A stretch of DNA of 63,863 bases, counting the filler, from Octopus bimaculoides (taxonomy: Eukaryota), in assembly GCF_001194135.2 (NCBI RefSeq). It is 8 parts of 8 records of this genome, joined end to end, with 100 filler letters (N's around TTAATTAATTAA, not from the genome) between each part and the next. Parts side by side here need not be neighbours in the genome. Positions count along the whole stretch, not along the records: positions 20,920 to 24,336 come from NC_068988.1; positions 24,437 to 48,663 come from NC_068990.1; 6 more parts are not named here. One strand, written 5' to 3'. This document shows positions 23,196-34,590 of this stretch, in pieces. The position numbers were made by a program, and so were the translations under genes. Below the pieces are notes generated by a model. The model had not been told where the DNA came from and ran no database searches. It saw only the letters and a list, made by a program, of their open reading frames with translations. The stretch's first letter is position 1. The number at the start of each line of letters is the position of its first letter.

Positions 23196-23672
23196 AGGCG
23201 TAGGAGTGGCTGTGTGGTAAGTAGCTTGCTTACCAACCACATGGTTTATGGTTCAGTTCCACTGCAAGTGTCTTCTACTATAACCTCGGGCTGACCAAAG
23301 CCTTGTGAGTGGATTTGGTATACGGAAACTGAAAGACGTCTGTCGTATATAAGATCGGAAGAGCGNNNNNNNNNNNNNNNNNNNNNNNNNNNNNNNNNNN
23401 NNNNNNNNNNNNNNNNNNNNNNNNNNNNNNNNNNNNNNNNNNNNNNNNNNNNNNNNNNNNNNNNNNNNNNNNNNNNNNNNNNNNNNNNNNNNNNNNNNNN
23501 NNNNNNNNNNNNNNNCGTCCCCGTAACTTAGCGGTTCGGCAAAAGAGACCGATCGAATAAGTATTAGGCTTACAAAGAATAAGTCCTGGGGTCGATTTGC
23601 TCGACTAAAGGCGGTGCTGCAGCATGGCCGCAGTCAAATGACTGAAACAAGTAAAAGAGTAAAGAGTAAAAT
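23196..23672 (+). mobile_element. SINE family A spanning an assembly gap
   Basis: Head at 23196-23345, tail at 23516-23672. Confidence 0.92.
23352..23365 (+). other. Illumina adapter remnant AGATCGGAAGAGCG
   Basis: Exact adapter 14-mer immediately before an N gap, interrupting a SINE. Confidence 0.9.
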
Positions 23673-23700
23673 TACTTTTTATAAGCAGAGTAAATTTATG

Positions 23701-24072
23701 TAGGAGGTGGTATCAAAAAGTCCCCGGACTAGTTATGTTTAATAGAAACTAACTGGGATCTTTGGTACTATGCAGTGCCTTCAAGCTCGGTGGTTGGTAT
23801 CGCTTTCAATTCCAAAATTGGGAGCTAGACCTTCTAGAACATTCCATACGTATATCACTGCGTATCTTTCATGCCTTCTCTCTAGGGAATAGAGCTTCAG
23901 TTCCATTAGCCGCTCTCAGTAGCTCATGTGTTTCACCGAGTCAATATCCTTTGTGTTGTGACACTGGATTGACTGAAGTTCCGCTTTCGGTTTGACGCTC
24001 GGAGTTTCGGTTTGATAATCGCGTGAGTTTAAAACATTCGAAGTATAATGTGCACAGCAAAGTCACTTCGTA
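23701..24072 (-). mobile_element. Internally deleted mariner-like element
   Basis: Ends TAGGAGGTGGTATCAAAAAG and CACTTCGTA form degenerate TIRs; ELLRAANGTEALF resembles the mariner HTH N-terminus. Confidence 0.55.
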
Positions 24073-24102
24073 CAGATTGAGTTTTTTTCTATATATATAC
24101 TC

Positions 24103-24600
24103 TTTACTCTTTTACTCGTTTACTTGTTTCAGTCATTTGACTGCGGCCATGCTCGAGCACCGCCTCTAGTCGAGCAAATCGACCCCAGGACTTATTCTTT
24201 GTAAGCCTAGTACTTATTCTATCGGTCTCTTTAGCCGAACCGCTAAGTTACGGGGACGTAAACATACCAGCATTGATTGTCAAGCGATATTGTGGGGACA
24301 CAGACACAAACATACACACACACACACACACACACANNNNNNNNNNNNNNNNNNNNNNNNNNNNNNNNNNNNNNNNNNNNTTAATTAATTAANNNNNNNN
24401 NNNNNNNNNNNNNNNNNNNNNNNNNNNNNNNNNNNNTATATATATATATATATTTATTTATTTATTTTTATATGCCTACACACGCACATGCAGGGTCTTT
24501 TTCAGTTTCACTCACAAGGCTTTGGTTGGCCAGGGCTATAGTACAACAAACTTGCTTAAGCGGCCATGAAATGTGGTGAGAATGGAACTCACACCTGGTG
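24103..24600 (-). mobile_element. SINE family A split by microsatellite and gap
   Basis: Tail 24103-24310; degraded head 24490-24600. Confidence 0.85.
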
Positions 24601-24988
24601 TTGAGAAATACATTTCTGAACTGTACAAGCACTCTACAGTATTATGTTTAAGCATTAGTTAATAGATCTCCAGTTTCTTCTCAGGCAAAGACATATTTCA
24701 TTGAAATTTCCCTCACTATATGAAAACCCTAAAGAAAAGCAGTTTTAACAAATTATTAAAATGTTTAGAACCTGCAGCAGGGAGATTGCATGGATATGGA
24801 AACAGAAAAATCATATCTATTGAGCCAACACATAGTTTGAATGTGTCTCTGAACATTGTAACATCATTATCTTGACAAAGATGCACTCTCTCTTTTATTA
24901 TAGAAACTGCAAATCAGTCAGAAAAGTGTCAGGTGAAACAGTGAAAGAAGGAAACTCAGCCAACTGATTCAACAAATATGTGTTTCTG

Positions 24989-25023
<35 letters not shown>

Positions 25024-25147
25024 GTATCTATCTATCTATCTATCTATCTGTCTGTCTGTCTGTCTGTCTATTTATGTACGTATGTGTGTATGTATGCATG
25101 TATGTATGTATCTGTCTGTCTGTCTATCTATCTATCTNNNNNNNNNN

Positions 25148-25183
<36 letters not shown>

Positions 25184-25757
25184 ATATCCATCATTATTAC
25201 TGATACTATTATCGTTGTTCTTGTTGTTGCTGCTGCTGTTGTGTTTGTTGTTATTGTCATCAAGAAAAGAAAGACAATTAGTGCTATATTCTTTTTTAGC
25301 ATAAAGCCACAATTAAACTAGTTGTTGTAGAATAATTCAATGGAAATGGGTCCAAAGATTGCGAGACCACTGCTCATTCTGGAAAGTGTGGTGTCCTTCA
25401 GTTCACTAAAAGAAATTTGTCCATATATTTGCATTTACTGAAAATTTCAGATCTGGATTTCAATAACTGTAGAACTAAAAAAATATATGGCCTTTAAACA
25501 TAAGTTGCATTTCTTAGATTCATGAGCATATTGCATGAATTTTTCTATGATTTTCCACTTGATTGTATGTGGTGTGCAATTGTTTCTACAAACTCCATAC
25601 GTGGCTAGCCTACTTTTGCCAGCATCTCAGGAAGAAGATAAATAGTTTGCATAATGTCTTTTGAAATCACCTTCACATAACCCAATGTAATTTTTATTTT
25701 CAGTTAGGTTATCTTGAAGTGTTGCTTTTGCTCCATCTTTTTTAAAAATTAATTAAT

Positions 25758-25797
<40 letters not shown>

Positions 25798-26729
25798 CAC
25801 ACACACACATACACACACATACACAAACATAGAAATATGTACATGTATGTTCTTTTCTGTGATCACAAGCATTTTGTAAAATAAATTACTACGTCACTAT
25901 CAAGTCTCTACATTCTCATTTTAAATTATGAATAATACAATGGACAAATTAGTTGAGTGTATTATTAAAAAAAGGCAAGACTGCCATGGCTGGAATGTCT
26001 TTCAAATTGGATCTGCTCCACCAGCACTGACCTGGAGCTAAAACTGAATGCCGAATACAACAGCGAGGAAGTTCTTTTTAAAGCTATTTCCCTATGTAGA
26101 AAAAAATGTCTTTCGAGAGGAATCGTATGGCAGTTTGGTTAGGTACCAATTCTTGGGTACTTGATTCCTTACAGCATTCTCTGATCATTATTTAATGAAT
26201 TATTGTTACACGCTTTTGTCTCATGTCAAATATATTTTTTAGTTCATTCCTCAAATTGTACAGACATGCATGCATTCTCACACTCAGTCGCACATGCACT
26301 CTTGTATGCAATCACATGAACAATTACACATGTTCATACATCCTTCACACATATTCACACATGTACAGAATCAGATATATTCATAAATGCACACGAATAC
26401 AATCACATAGTTCCACACACACACACACACACACACAGCATGTATTTACTTACTCTTTCATAAAGACATAACACTGATTAGGACATCTCAAAATTCTCCT
26501 TTATTATTACCCACAAGGCATTGCACCAACTCATTTCCCACCATTGATAACGAGCAAATTTATGAGAGAAGAGAAAGCTAATATTTCAATACTGTAATTT
26601 TTTTTTCTTGTGTTCTTTATCTGGTTGGTTGCTACGAGGCAGTAAGGATCAATATTAGCTATTCTACGATGCAGTAAATACTTTGCCCGAATATATCAGT
26701 GATATAACAGTATGTGTATGTAATATATA

Positions 26730-26808
<79 letters not shown>

Positions 26809-26986
26809 AGATATATATGTATAAATGCAGGCATATATATATCTATGTATATATATATATATATACAAATACATATATATTTATGCATATTTTTTTAATA
26901 TTATGTATACATACATATTATAGATATGTATATATAAGCATATATATGTGTGATACACACGCAAACACACATATATAAACATATAG

Positions 26987-27017
<31 letters not shown>

Positions 27018-27844
27018 CTCAAACATATATTTAAGTATATACACTAAAATATATATATGCATATTCATATGTATTAATGTGTGTGAGAGTATATATGTAT
27101 ATATATAAAAACTTACACACACATAAAAACATACATATGTATATATGCATACACACACATATATACAAACACACACACACACATATATATATNNNNNNNN
27201 NNNNNNNNNNNNNNNNNNNNNNNNNNNNNNNNNNNNNNNNNNNNNNNNNNNNNNNNNNNNNNNNNNNNNNNNNNNNNNNNNNNNNNNNNNNNNNNNNNNN
27301 NNNNNNNNNNNNNNNNNNNNNNNNNNNNNNNNNNNNNNNNNNNNNNNNNNNNNNNNNNNNNNNNNNNNNNNNNNNNNNNNNNNNNNNNNNNNNNNNNNNN
27401 NNNNNNNNNNNNNNNNNNNNNNNNNNNNNNNNNNNNNNNNNNNNNNNNNNNNNNNNNNNNNNNNNNNNNNNNNNNNNNNNNNNNNNNNNNNNNNNNNNNN
27501 NNNNNNNNNNNNNNNNNNNNNNNNNNNNNNNNNNNNNNNNNNNNNNNNNNNNNNNNNNNNNNNNNNNNNNNNNNNNNNNNNNNNNNNNNNNNNNNNNNNN
27601 NNNNNNNNNNNNNNNNNNNNNNNNNNNNNNNNNNNNNNNNNNNNNNNNNNNNNNNNNNNNNNNNNNNNNNNNNNNNNNNNNNNNNNNNNNNNNNNNNNNN
27701 NNNNNNNNNNNNNNNNNNNNNNNNNNNNNNNNNNNNNNNNNNNNNNNNNNNNNNNNNNNNNNNNNNNNNNNNNNNNNNNNNNNNNNNNNNNNNNNNNNNN
27801 NNNNNNNNNNNNNNNNNNNNNNNNNNNNNNNNNNNNNNNNNNNN

Positions 27845-27891
<47 letters not shown>

Positions 27892-27892
27892 A

Positions 27893-28082
27893 TATTCTTG
27901 TCTACTTCCTATTTTTCACTTCTCTTCCCCCATGATATCACTTTTATTTATTATATTGTTTTTTGCTTTATTTCTTATTTTACTAGATTTTTACTTTTGT
28001 TTCATTTTTCATGAAAATATGAAGATTTTCTACATTTTTTCTTTCCTCCTTCATTGCCATTGTCCTCTTCATCGTTGTTGCT
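27893..28082. repeat. Unclassified AT-rich interspersed repeat, copy 1
   Basis: Homologous to 34411-34590; both start directly after (TA)n. Confidence 0.8.
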
Positions 28083-28480
28083 ATTATCCACTTCCTCCTC
28101 ATCACCATCATCATCACTGCCGTAATCCTCATAGACATTGTCATCCTTGTCACCATCATCATCATCATCATCATCATCATCATTGTTGTTGCAATCATTG
28201 TTTTCATCACCAGCATCACGAACATCATCATCAGCATCGTCATCATCATTATCATTACCAGCTTCATCATCATCATCATCACCATTGTCATCGAAGTCAT
28301 GAACGTCATAGCCGTCATCATACACATCATCAGCAATAGAACCACTACCTACATCACCAGAACAACTATTATTACTGCCACATCTCTCACACCAACCCAA
28401 CTGTGATTTCCATTGTATGCACGAGCACGACCACCACCACCATCACGACCACCACCATCACAACCACCACCATCACAACC
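28070..28480. repeat. Degenerate (CAT)/(CAC) trinucleotide tract
   Basis: Direct read. Confidence 0.85.
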
Positions 28481-28667
28481 GTCATTCTCTTCTTCAATAT
28501 GATCATCACTGTTATTGTCGTTATTTTGTGGTCATTTGCAATATCTAAAGATGTATATATATATATATGTGTATATATATATATCCTACTTTAAATATAT
28601 ATGTTCTTATAAATGTATATATGTGTATAAATAAATATATCTGTATATGCATTACTATGTATATATA

Positions 28668-28707
<40 letters not shown>

Positions 28708-30061
28708 NNNNNNNNNNNNNNNNNNNNNNNNNNNNNNNNNNNNNNNNNNNNNNNNNNNNNNNNNNNNNNNNNNNNNNNNNNNNNNNNNNNNNNNNNNNNN
28801 NNNNNNNNNNNNNNNNNNNNNNNNNNNNNNNNNNNNNNNNNNNNNNNNNNNNNNNNNNNNNNNNNNNNNNNNNNNNNNNNNNNNNNNNNNNNNNNNNNNN
28901 NNNNNNNNNNNNNNNNNNNNNNNNNNNNNNNNNNNNNNNNNNNNNNNNNNNNNNNNNNNNNNNNNNNNNNNNNNNNNNNNNNNNNNNNNNNNNNNNNNNN
29001 NNNNNNNNNNNNNNNNNNNNNNNNNNNNNNNNNNNNNNNNNNNNNNNTATATATATATATATATATATATATATTTACTCTGTTTTAATTTCTCTCCACC
29101 ACTTGTGTGTCTTTACGTCCAATCGCTATTGTCTTTCCTGATAAGATAGCCCGCACCTAGCATATAACTGTCTGAAGACACTTCTAAAGAATTCAATTCT
29201 GCTCTTTATTGTATAAGAGCACGTCAAGAGGAATGTTCTGCAATTCTGCCAAAGGAATTGTCTTACACATTCTTCGTATTTTTTTATTCTTTTTTCTCTT
29301 TTTTATCAAGTATTTTCTTTTCAAATCATTTTCGAAACTGAAACAAACAGTGTTACTTTCATCCACAGCTATTACAACCACAACCACCACTGTAACTTTC
29401 ACCCACACGACCATAATACCACCACCTCCACAACTACTATTACTACTAAATGTTGCATAAACATTCACCACTGCTATATCTTTCAATGTGACAACAACAA
29501 ATAACAACAACACCTATTACTACTACTACTACTACTACAAACATTACTATTGCTACTGCTGTTGCTGCTGCTGCTACTACTATACTACTAGTTCGTTTGT
29601 CACTATATTCTCACTATATTTCTCAGCACTACAACCGTATCTACCGCCCACATTAATAGTATCACTACAATTATATGCACTACGCCATCTGGTGGCACAA
29701 GCATTACTACATGAATCATCACACCAATCATCAACATAGTAACACCTAAATGTCGCGCCAAACCATGACTACCCCAACCAATACCAAATCAACTACCAGT
29801 GTTATATATACATATATAAAATCCTTTGTATCTCTGTCTGTTGCCAATGCATTCTCAAACGGCTCAACCAAATCAAGTCAGATTTTACGTGGTAACACTA
29901 TGAGACACCAACGTTGTCAACATGTAAATTTTTTTTAGATTAAAACAATGTAACTTTGGCACTGGTTCCGTATTACGTCTCAAAACTCGAAGAATAAAAG
30001 TGAAACCTTCGACGAAGTAAGGTATAAATAGATTCACTTTTTTTTATATTGTTTCACCATG

Positions 30062-30305
30062 TGGAGGTGGTGGATTAGTGGTTAGAGCGTCAGCATCATG
30101 ATCGTAAGATTGTGGTTTCGATTTCTGGAACGGGCGACGCGTTGTGTTCTTGAGCAAAACACCTTATTTCACGTTGCTCCAGTCCACACAGCTGGCAAAA
30201 ATGAGTAACGCTGCGATGCACTGGCGTCCCGTCCTGCTGCGGAACACATTCGCCATTGAAACCGGGGAAACCGGGCCCACGATCCTGGCTAGGCTTTAAA
30301 AGGGC
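30062..30305 (+). mobile_element. tRNA-derived SINE family C with CORE-like domain
   Basis: A-box-like ggattagtggttagagc, B-box-like ggtttcgatttc, then gtgttcttgagcaaaacaccttatttcacgttgctccagtccac. Confidence 0.8.
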
Positions 30306-30446
30306 TAAAATAAAATGTATATATATCCATGTATGTACTGAAAGATACAGACAAGGAAATAATTTTATTCTCAAACGCAGGATAATGCTAATAATATAGT
30401 ATGAAAAGAATAAACTATTCATATTTTGCATAAAAATATGTTGGCA

Positions 30447-30518
30447 GCCAGCTAATGAGACTTGAACTCATATCTCAATGATTACGCGTCCAGTGCTTTA
30501 CCATTAAGCTAAACTGAC
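30447..30518 (-). pseudogene. tRNA-Thr(CGT)-like pseudogene or SINE head
   Basis: 72 nt; acceptor GTCAGTT/AGCTGGC, D arm GCTT/AAGC, T arm ATGAG-TTCAAGT-CTCAT; anticodon stem broken and one extra T. Confidence 0.7.
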
Positions 30519-30569
30519 CCAACGACAAACTCTTCTGGAAATTTAGGATATATAAATCTAGCTTTGTAT

Positions 30570-30958
30570 GTTAAATTCAACTTACGTTGAAAGTAAACAA
30601 ACAAACTTTGCTTTAGAAGCGTTGAGATGTATTGAAAGACACAGATCAGGAAATAATTTTATTCTCAAACGCAGGAGAATGCTAATAATAAGCATGAACA
30701 GAATAAACTATCCATAATTTGCAGAAAAATCAACTTACGTTGAAAGTCAACAAACGTACGACAGCGTAATCACACAGATGTGTGGTCGAGTCTCATGACT
30801 GGACGTCATCAGATTTTTCGGCAAAATATGGATAGTTTATCCTCTTCCTGATATATTATTATCATAACCTGCGTTTGAGAATAAAATTACTTCTTTATCT
30901 TTCAATACATCTCAATACTTCTAAAGCAAACCTTGATTTTTTTTAGTTGAATTTAACG
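30570..30958. repeat. Inverted repeat with about 150-bp arms; arms also homologous to 30340-30446
   Basis: ctttagaag..gagatgtattgaaaga..ttttattctcaaacgcagg..taaactatccat occurs forward at 30610-30730 and reversed at 30810-30935. Confidence 0.85.
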
Positions 30959-30992
30959 TGTTTGTGTGTATATATGTATATGAATATACACT

Positions 30993-31250
30993 ATGGCCTC
31001 AGGCCGACCAAAACCTTGTGATTGGTTTTCGTACATGGAAACTGAAAGAAGACTTTCATGTATATTTGTGTGCGTGTCTGTGTTTGTACCCCAACGTCAC
31101 TGCCCCGTAACTTAGCGGTTCAGCTATAGACACCGATAGGAATAAATATTAGACTTACAAAGAGTAAATCCTGGGGTCGGTTTGTTCGACTAAAGGTGGT
31201 GCTCCAGCATGGCCGCTGTCACATGATTGAAACAAGGAAAACAATAAAAA
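30993..31250 (+). mobile_element. SINE family A, older copy
   Basis: Homology to 23196-23672. Confidence 0.85.
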
Positions 31251-31304
31251 GACTATGCCAGTTTAATCCCGAGCAACACCGGGTATCTCTGCTAGTAATG
31301 TATA

Positions 31305-31775
31305 ATGCCAACACCACACCGCCATCATCGCCAGCATGTCTACGCCCATCACTTATGCTAACTACTATTGCCATCACTGCATCTTACATTAGAGCTACAA
31401 CCATTACCATTGCTACACAAACTGCTACCACAACAATCACCACTACAGCCTCTTTAGCAGTTCCCACTACAACTGATATTAGAAAACCACTACAGTTACC
31501 ACCAGCAACGATACTATATCTAGCACCACAGCCTCGACAACACAAACCATTACCACAACTGCCACTTTACTGAACTCTTCTATCACTACAGCTAGCACCA
31601 CCCCTACAGTGAAAAGTATTGCTACAACCACCATCACAAGTACCAGTACACAAACTGCTACAACCGCTACTGCCAGACCTACTGCACTAACCACAACTAT
31701 ATGGTCGACTACTACATCTATTACCACTACTACTGCATCAAACAAAATAATCAGTAGGCTATACCATAACTCATA
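31305..31775. repeat. Degenerate (ACY)-rich tract reading as Thr/Ser-rich on the + strand
   Basis: Cryptic trinucleotide periodicity; Thr frame open 31483-31775. Confidence 0.7.
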
Positions 31776-32884
31776 AATCATAAATCATCTCAGTCAGGGA
31801 TTAAAATGGATTGAAATGACAACAACAACAATGACAAAAGACCATACAAATATTCGGACGCAATGAATAATGTATTTTATAGTCTTCAGGTTGAAATGAA
31901 GACGGACGTAATGACTGTAACCGTAAATTTCTGTGAATTCAGAACTGGCCTCGGATTAAACAGTAACAATGGCAAACATAATGGTAAATGTTAATTACCA
32001 GCAAGGACACACTATTTCGTTTTGCAACCAAAGTATATTAAAGTATTGCAAGTCAGTATTCTGTCTTACTTTTTGTGTTAGGAATGCGATATTCTCATTT
32101 TTAAGTGATAAACTATAGATCTTCTATAGAATTTAGAGCCAGCACTCTAAATTTGAATGTTTTTGTATACGAAAATATCTATCTAGACAATTCGCTGGAA
32201 GATAGAGAGGTTTATTTTTTTATTATTATTTCTGTCTTATCGAGGACAAAGTAGAAGTCTCTTGAAATAATAAATAAAAAAGAAATTACATCTCTTTCGA
32301 CAACCAATTCATTTTTATATCACCATATTNNNNNNNNNNNNNNNNNNNNNNNNNNNNNNNNNNNNNNNNNNNNNNNNNNNNNNNNNNNNNNNNNNNNNNN
32401 NNNNNNNNNNNNNNNNNNNNNNNNNNNNNNNNNNNNNNNNNNNNNNNNNNNNNNNNNNNNNNNNNNNNNNNNNNNNNNNNNNNNNNNNNNNNNNNNNNNN
32501 NNNNNNNNNNNNNNNNNNNNNNNNNNNNNNNNNNNNNNNNNNNNNNNNNNNNNNNNNNNNNNNNNNNNNNNNNNNNNNNNNNNNNNNNNNNNNNNNNNNN
32601 NNNNNNNNNNNNNNNNNNNNNNNNNNNNNNNNNNNNNNNNNNNNNNNNNNNNNNNNNNNNNNNNNNNNNNNNNNNNNNNNNNNNNNNNNNNNNNNNNNNN
32701 NNNNNNNNNNNNNNNNNNNNNNNNNNNNNNNNNNNNNNNNNNNNNNNNNNNNNNNNNNNNNNNNNNNNNNNNNNNNNNNNNNNNNNNNNNNNNNNNNNNN
32801 NNNNNNNNNNNNNNNNNNNNNNNNNNNNNNNNNNNNNNNNNNNNNNNNNNNNNNNNNNNNNNNNNNNNNNNNNNNNNNNNNNNN

Positions 32885-34180
32885 GTGTGGTGTGGGAATT
32901 TGAGGGTGGGGCGTGGGTATGTGAGGGTGGGGTGTGGGTTTGGGATCAGGATGCGCGGTAGGGATGGAGTGTGTGGGAGTGGGATGTGTGCAGTTGGGTG
33001 GGGTATTGAAGTTTGGGATGTGTAGGTGTGGGGTGTGGATGGAAGTGGTAACGATGAATGGAGCAGGTGAGTAAGAGTGAAGAAAGGAAGTAGGTGTCAG
33101 AGCAAGAGAGGAGGGAAGAGGTGTGCAGGAATGAGGAAAGGAAGTAGGTGTGAGATGAAGAAAGGAGGGGAGGGATGTCAGATGAAGAGGGGAGGAGAGT
33201 TGAGCACTTGTGGCGCAAAGGAGCGAAGAGAGAAGATTAATTCCTGTTCGCGACGAAGTGGCGGAGTCCGGATGGCCCCTGTGCAAAAACAATCCAAACA
33301 GACAGGTGTTGTAATGAATGACCGGTAAGGCGGAAATGGTGCGAGACCAAGTGTCGTTGCTGAGTCTAATGTTTCGGAGATATTCCGTGAACAGGTCAGC
33401 AAAGCGGCGTCCCGTTTGACCGATATTCAGAGAAGGACAGAAAGAGCAGGAGATGCTAGATGACGTTGCTAGAAGTGCATGTAAAGGAGTCAGTGATATG
33501 ATAGGGATGATGATGGGTGCCTGTGAGGATGGTGGTGTTGGAGAGGTAGGGGCAAGTACGGCAGCGTGGGCGAGAGCAGGGAAATGAGCCAGATTGGGAG
33601 GTGGGTTAGGGAAGAAACTGTGGACCAGGTGGTTATGTAGGTTGTGGCTAGTTTGAAGGAGGGGAAGGGTAGGTTGGCAACGATGTGCGAAGTGGAGGGG
33701 TCGGACTAGAGTCGCCAGAAGGCTCGGAGAATAGTGCGTTGAATAGTGCAGGGTGGATGGGTAATAGGAAAGAGGAAACGGCAAACTGGTAACGGTGGGA
33801 CGGGTGCAGAAAGAGAGAGCAGAGACACAGTCCACGGAACGTGTTCTGGCCAGGGCGGCGTAGATAGTGGTGAGGGGATATCCACGAAGGATGAAGTGGC
33901 GAGCCATGATTTGAGACTGAGTCTCAAAGTCATGGTTGTCACTGAAGAGCCTGTGCAGATGGAGTAACTGGGAGTAGGGGATAGAGAGCTTGGTGTGGGT
34001 AGGGTGGGAGCAGGAGAATTTGAGGTATGAGTGTGAGTGGGTGTGTTTGTAGTGGATGGAGGTAGTGAGAGTGGAGTTGTGTATATTGACCGAAATGTCG
34101 AGAAAGGCGACGGAAGTGTTGGAAATGGTCCAGGATAATTTGAGGGCAGGATGGAAGGATTGGACAAAAGAGAGGAAGGA
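32885..34180 (-). mobile_element. Penelope-like element: RT thumb and GIY-YIG endonuclease, degenerate, both ends in gaps
   Basis: FLDISVNIHNSTLTTSIHYKHTHSHSYL..SHPTHTKLSIPYSQL..LFSD..RGYP, then NIGQTGRRFAD.FTEYLRNI. Confidence 0.88.
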
Positions 34181-34353
34181 NNNNNNNNNNNNNNNNNNNN
34201 NNNNNNNNNNNNNNNNNNNNNNNNNNNNNNNNNNNNNNNNNNNNNNNNNNNNNNNNNNNNNNNNNNNNNNNNNNNNNNNNNNNNNNNNNNNNNNNNNNNN
34301 NNNNNNNNNNNNNNNNNNNNNNNNNNNNNNNNNNNNNNNNNNNNNNNNNNNNN

Positions 34354-34410
<57 letters not shown>

Positions 34411-34413
<3 letters not shown>

Positions 34414-34590
34414 TCTTGTCTATTTCCTAATTTTCACTTCTCTTCCCCCGTAATATCACTTGCATTTATTTTATTGTTTTATTTGTTTCTTGTTTTACTA
34501 TATTTTCACTTGTGCTTCATTTTACATGAAAATATGAAAATTTTCTACTTTTTTCCTTCTTTATTTCCATTGTTCTTCATCGTTGTTGCT
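34411..34590. repeat. Unclassified AT-rich interspersed repeat, copy 2
   Basis: Homologous to 27893-28082. Confidence 0.8.

Noticed and set aside
29160-29200. AACTGTCTGAAGA, resembling family 2 stem I and core
   Set aside because: No downstream GAAA or stem I partner.
30447-30518. Functional tRNA-Thr gene
   Set aside because: Three of five anticodon-stem pairs are broken, there is an extra base after the T arm, and it is fused to a repeat body.
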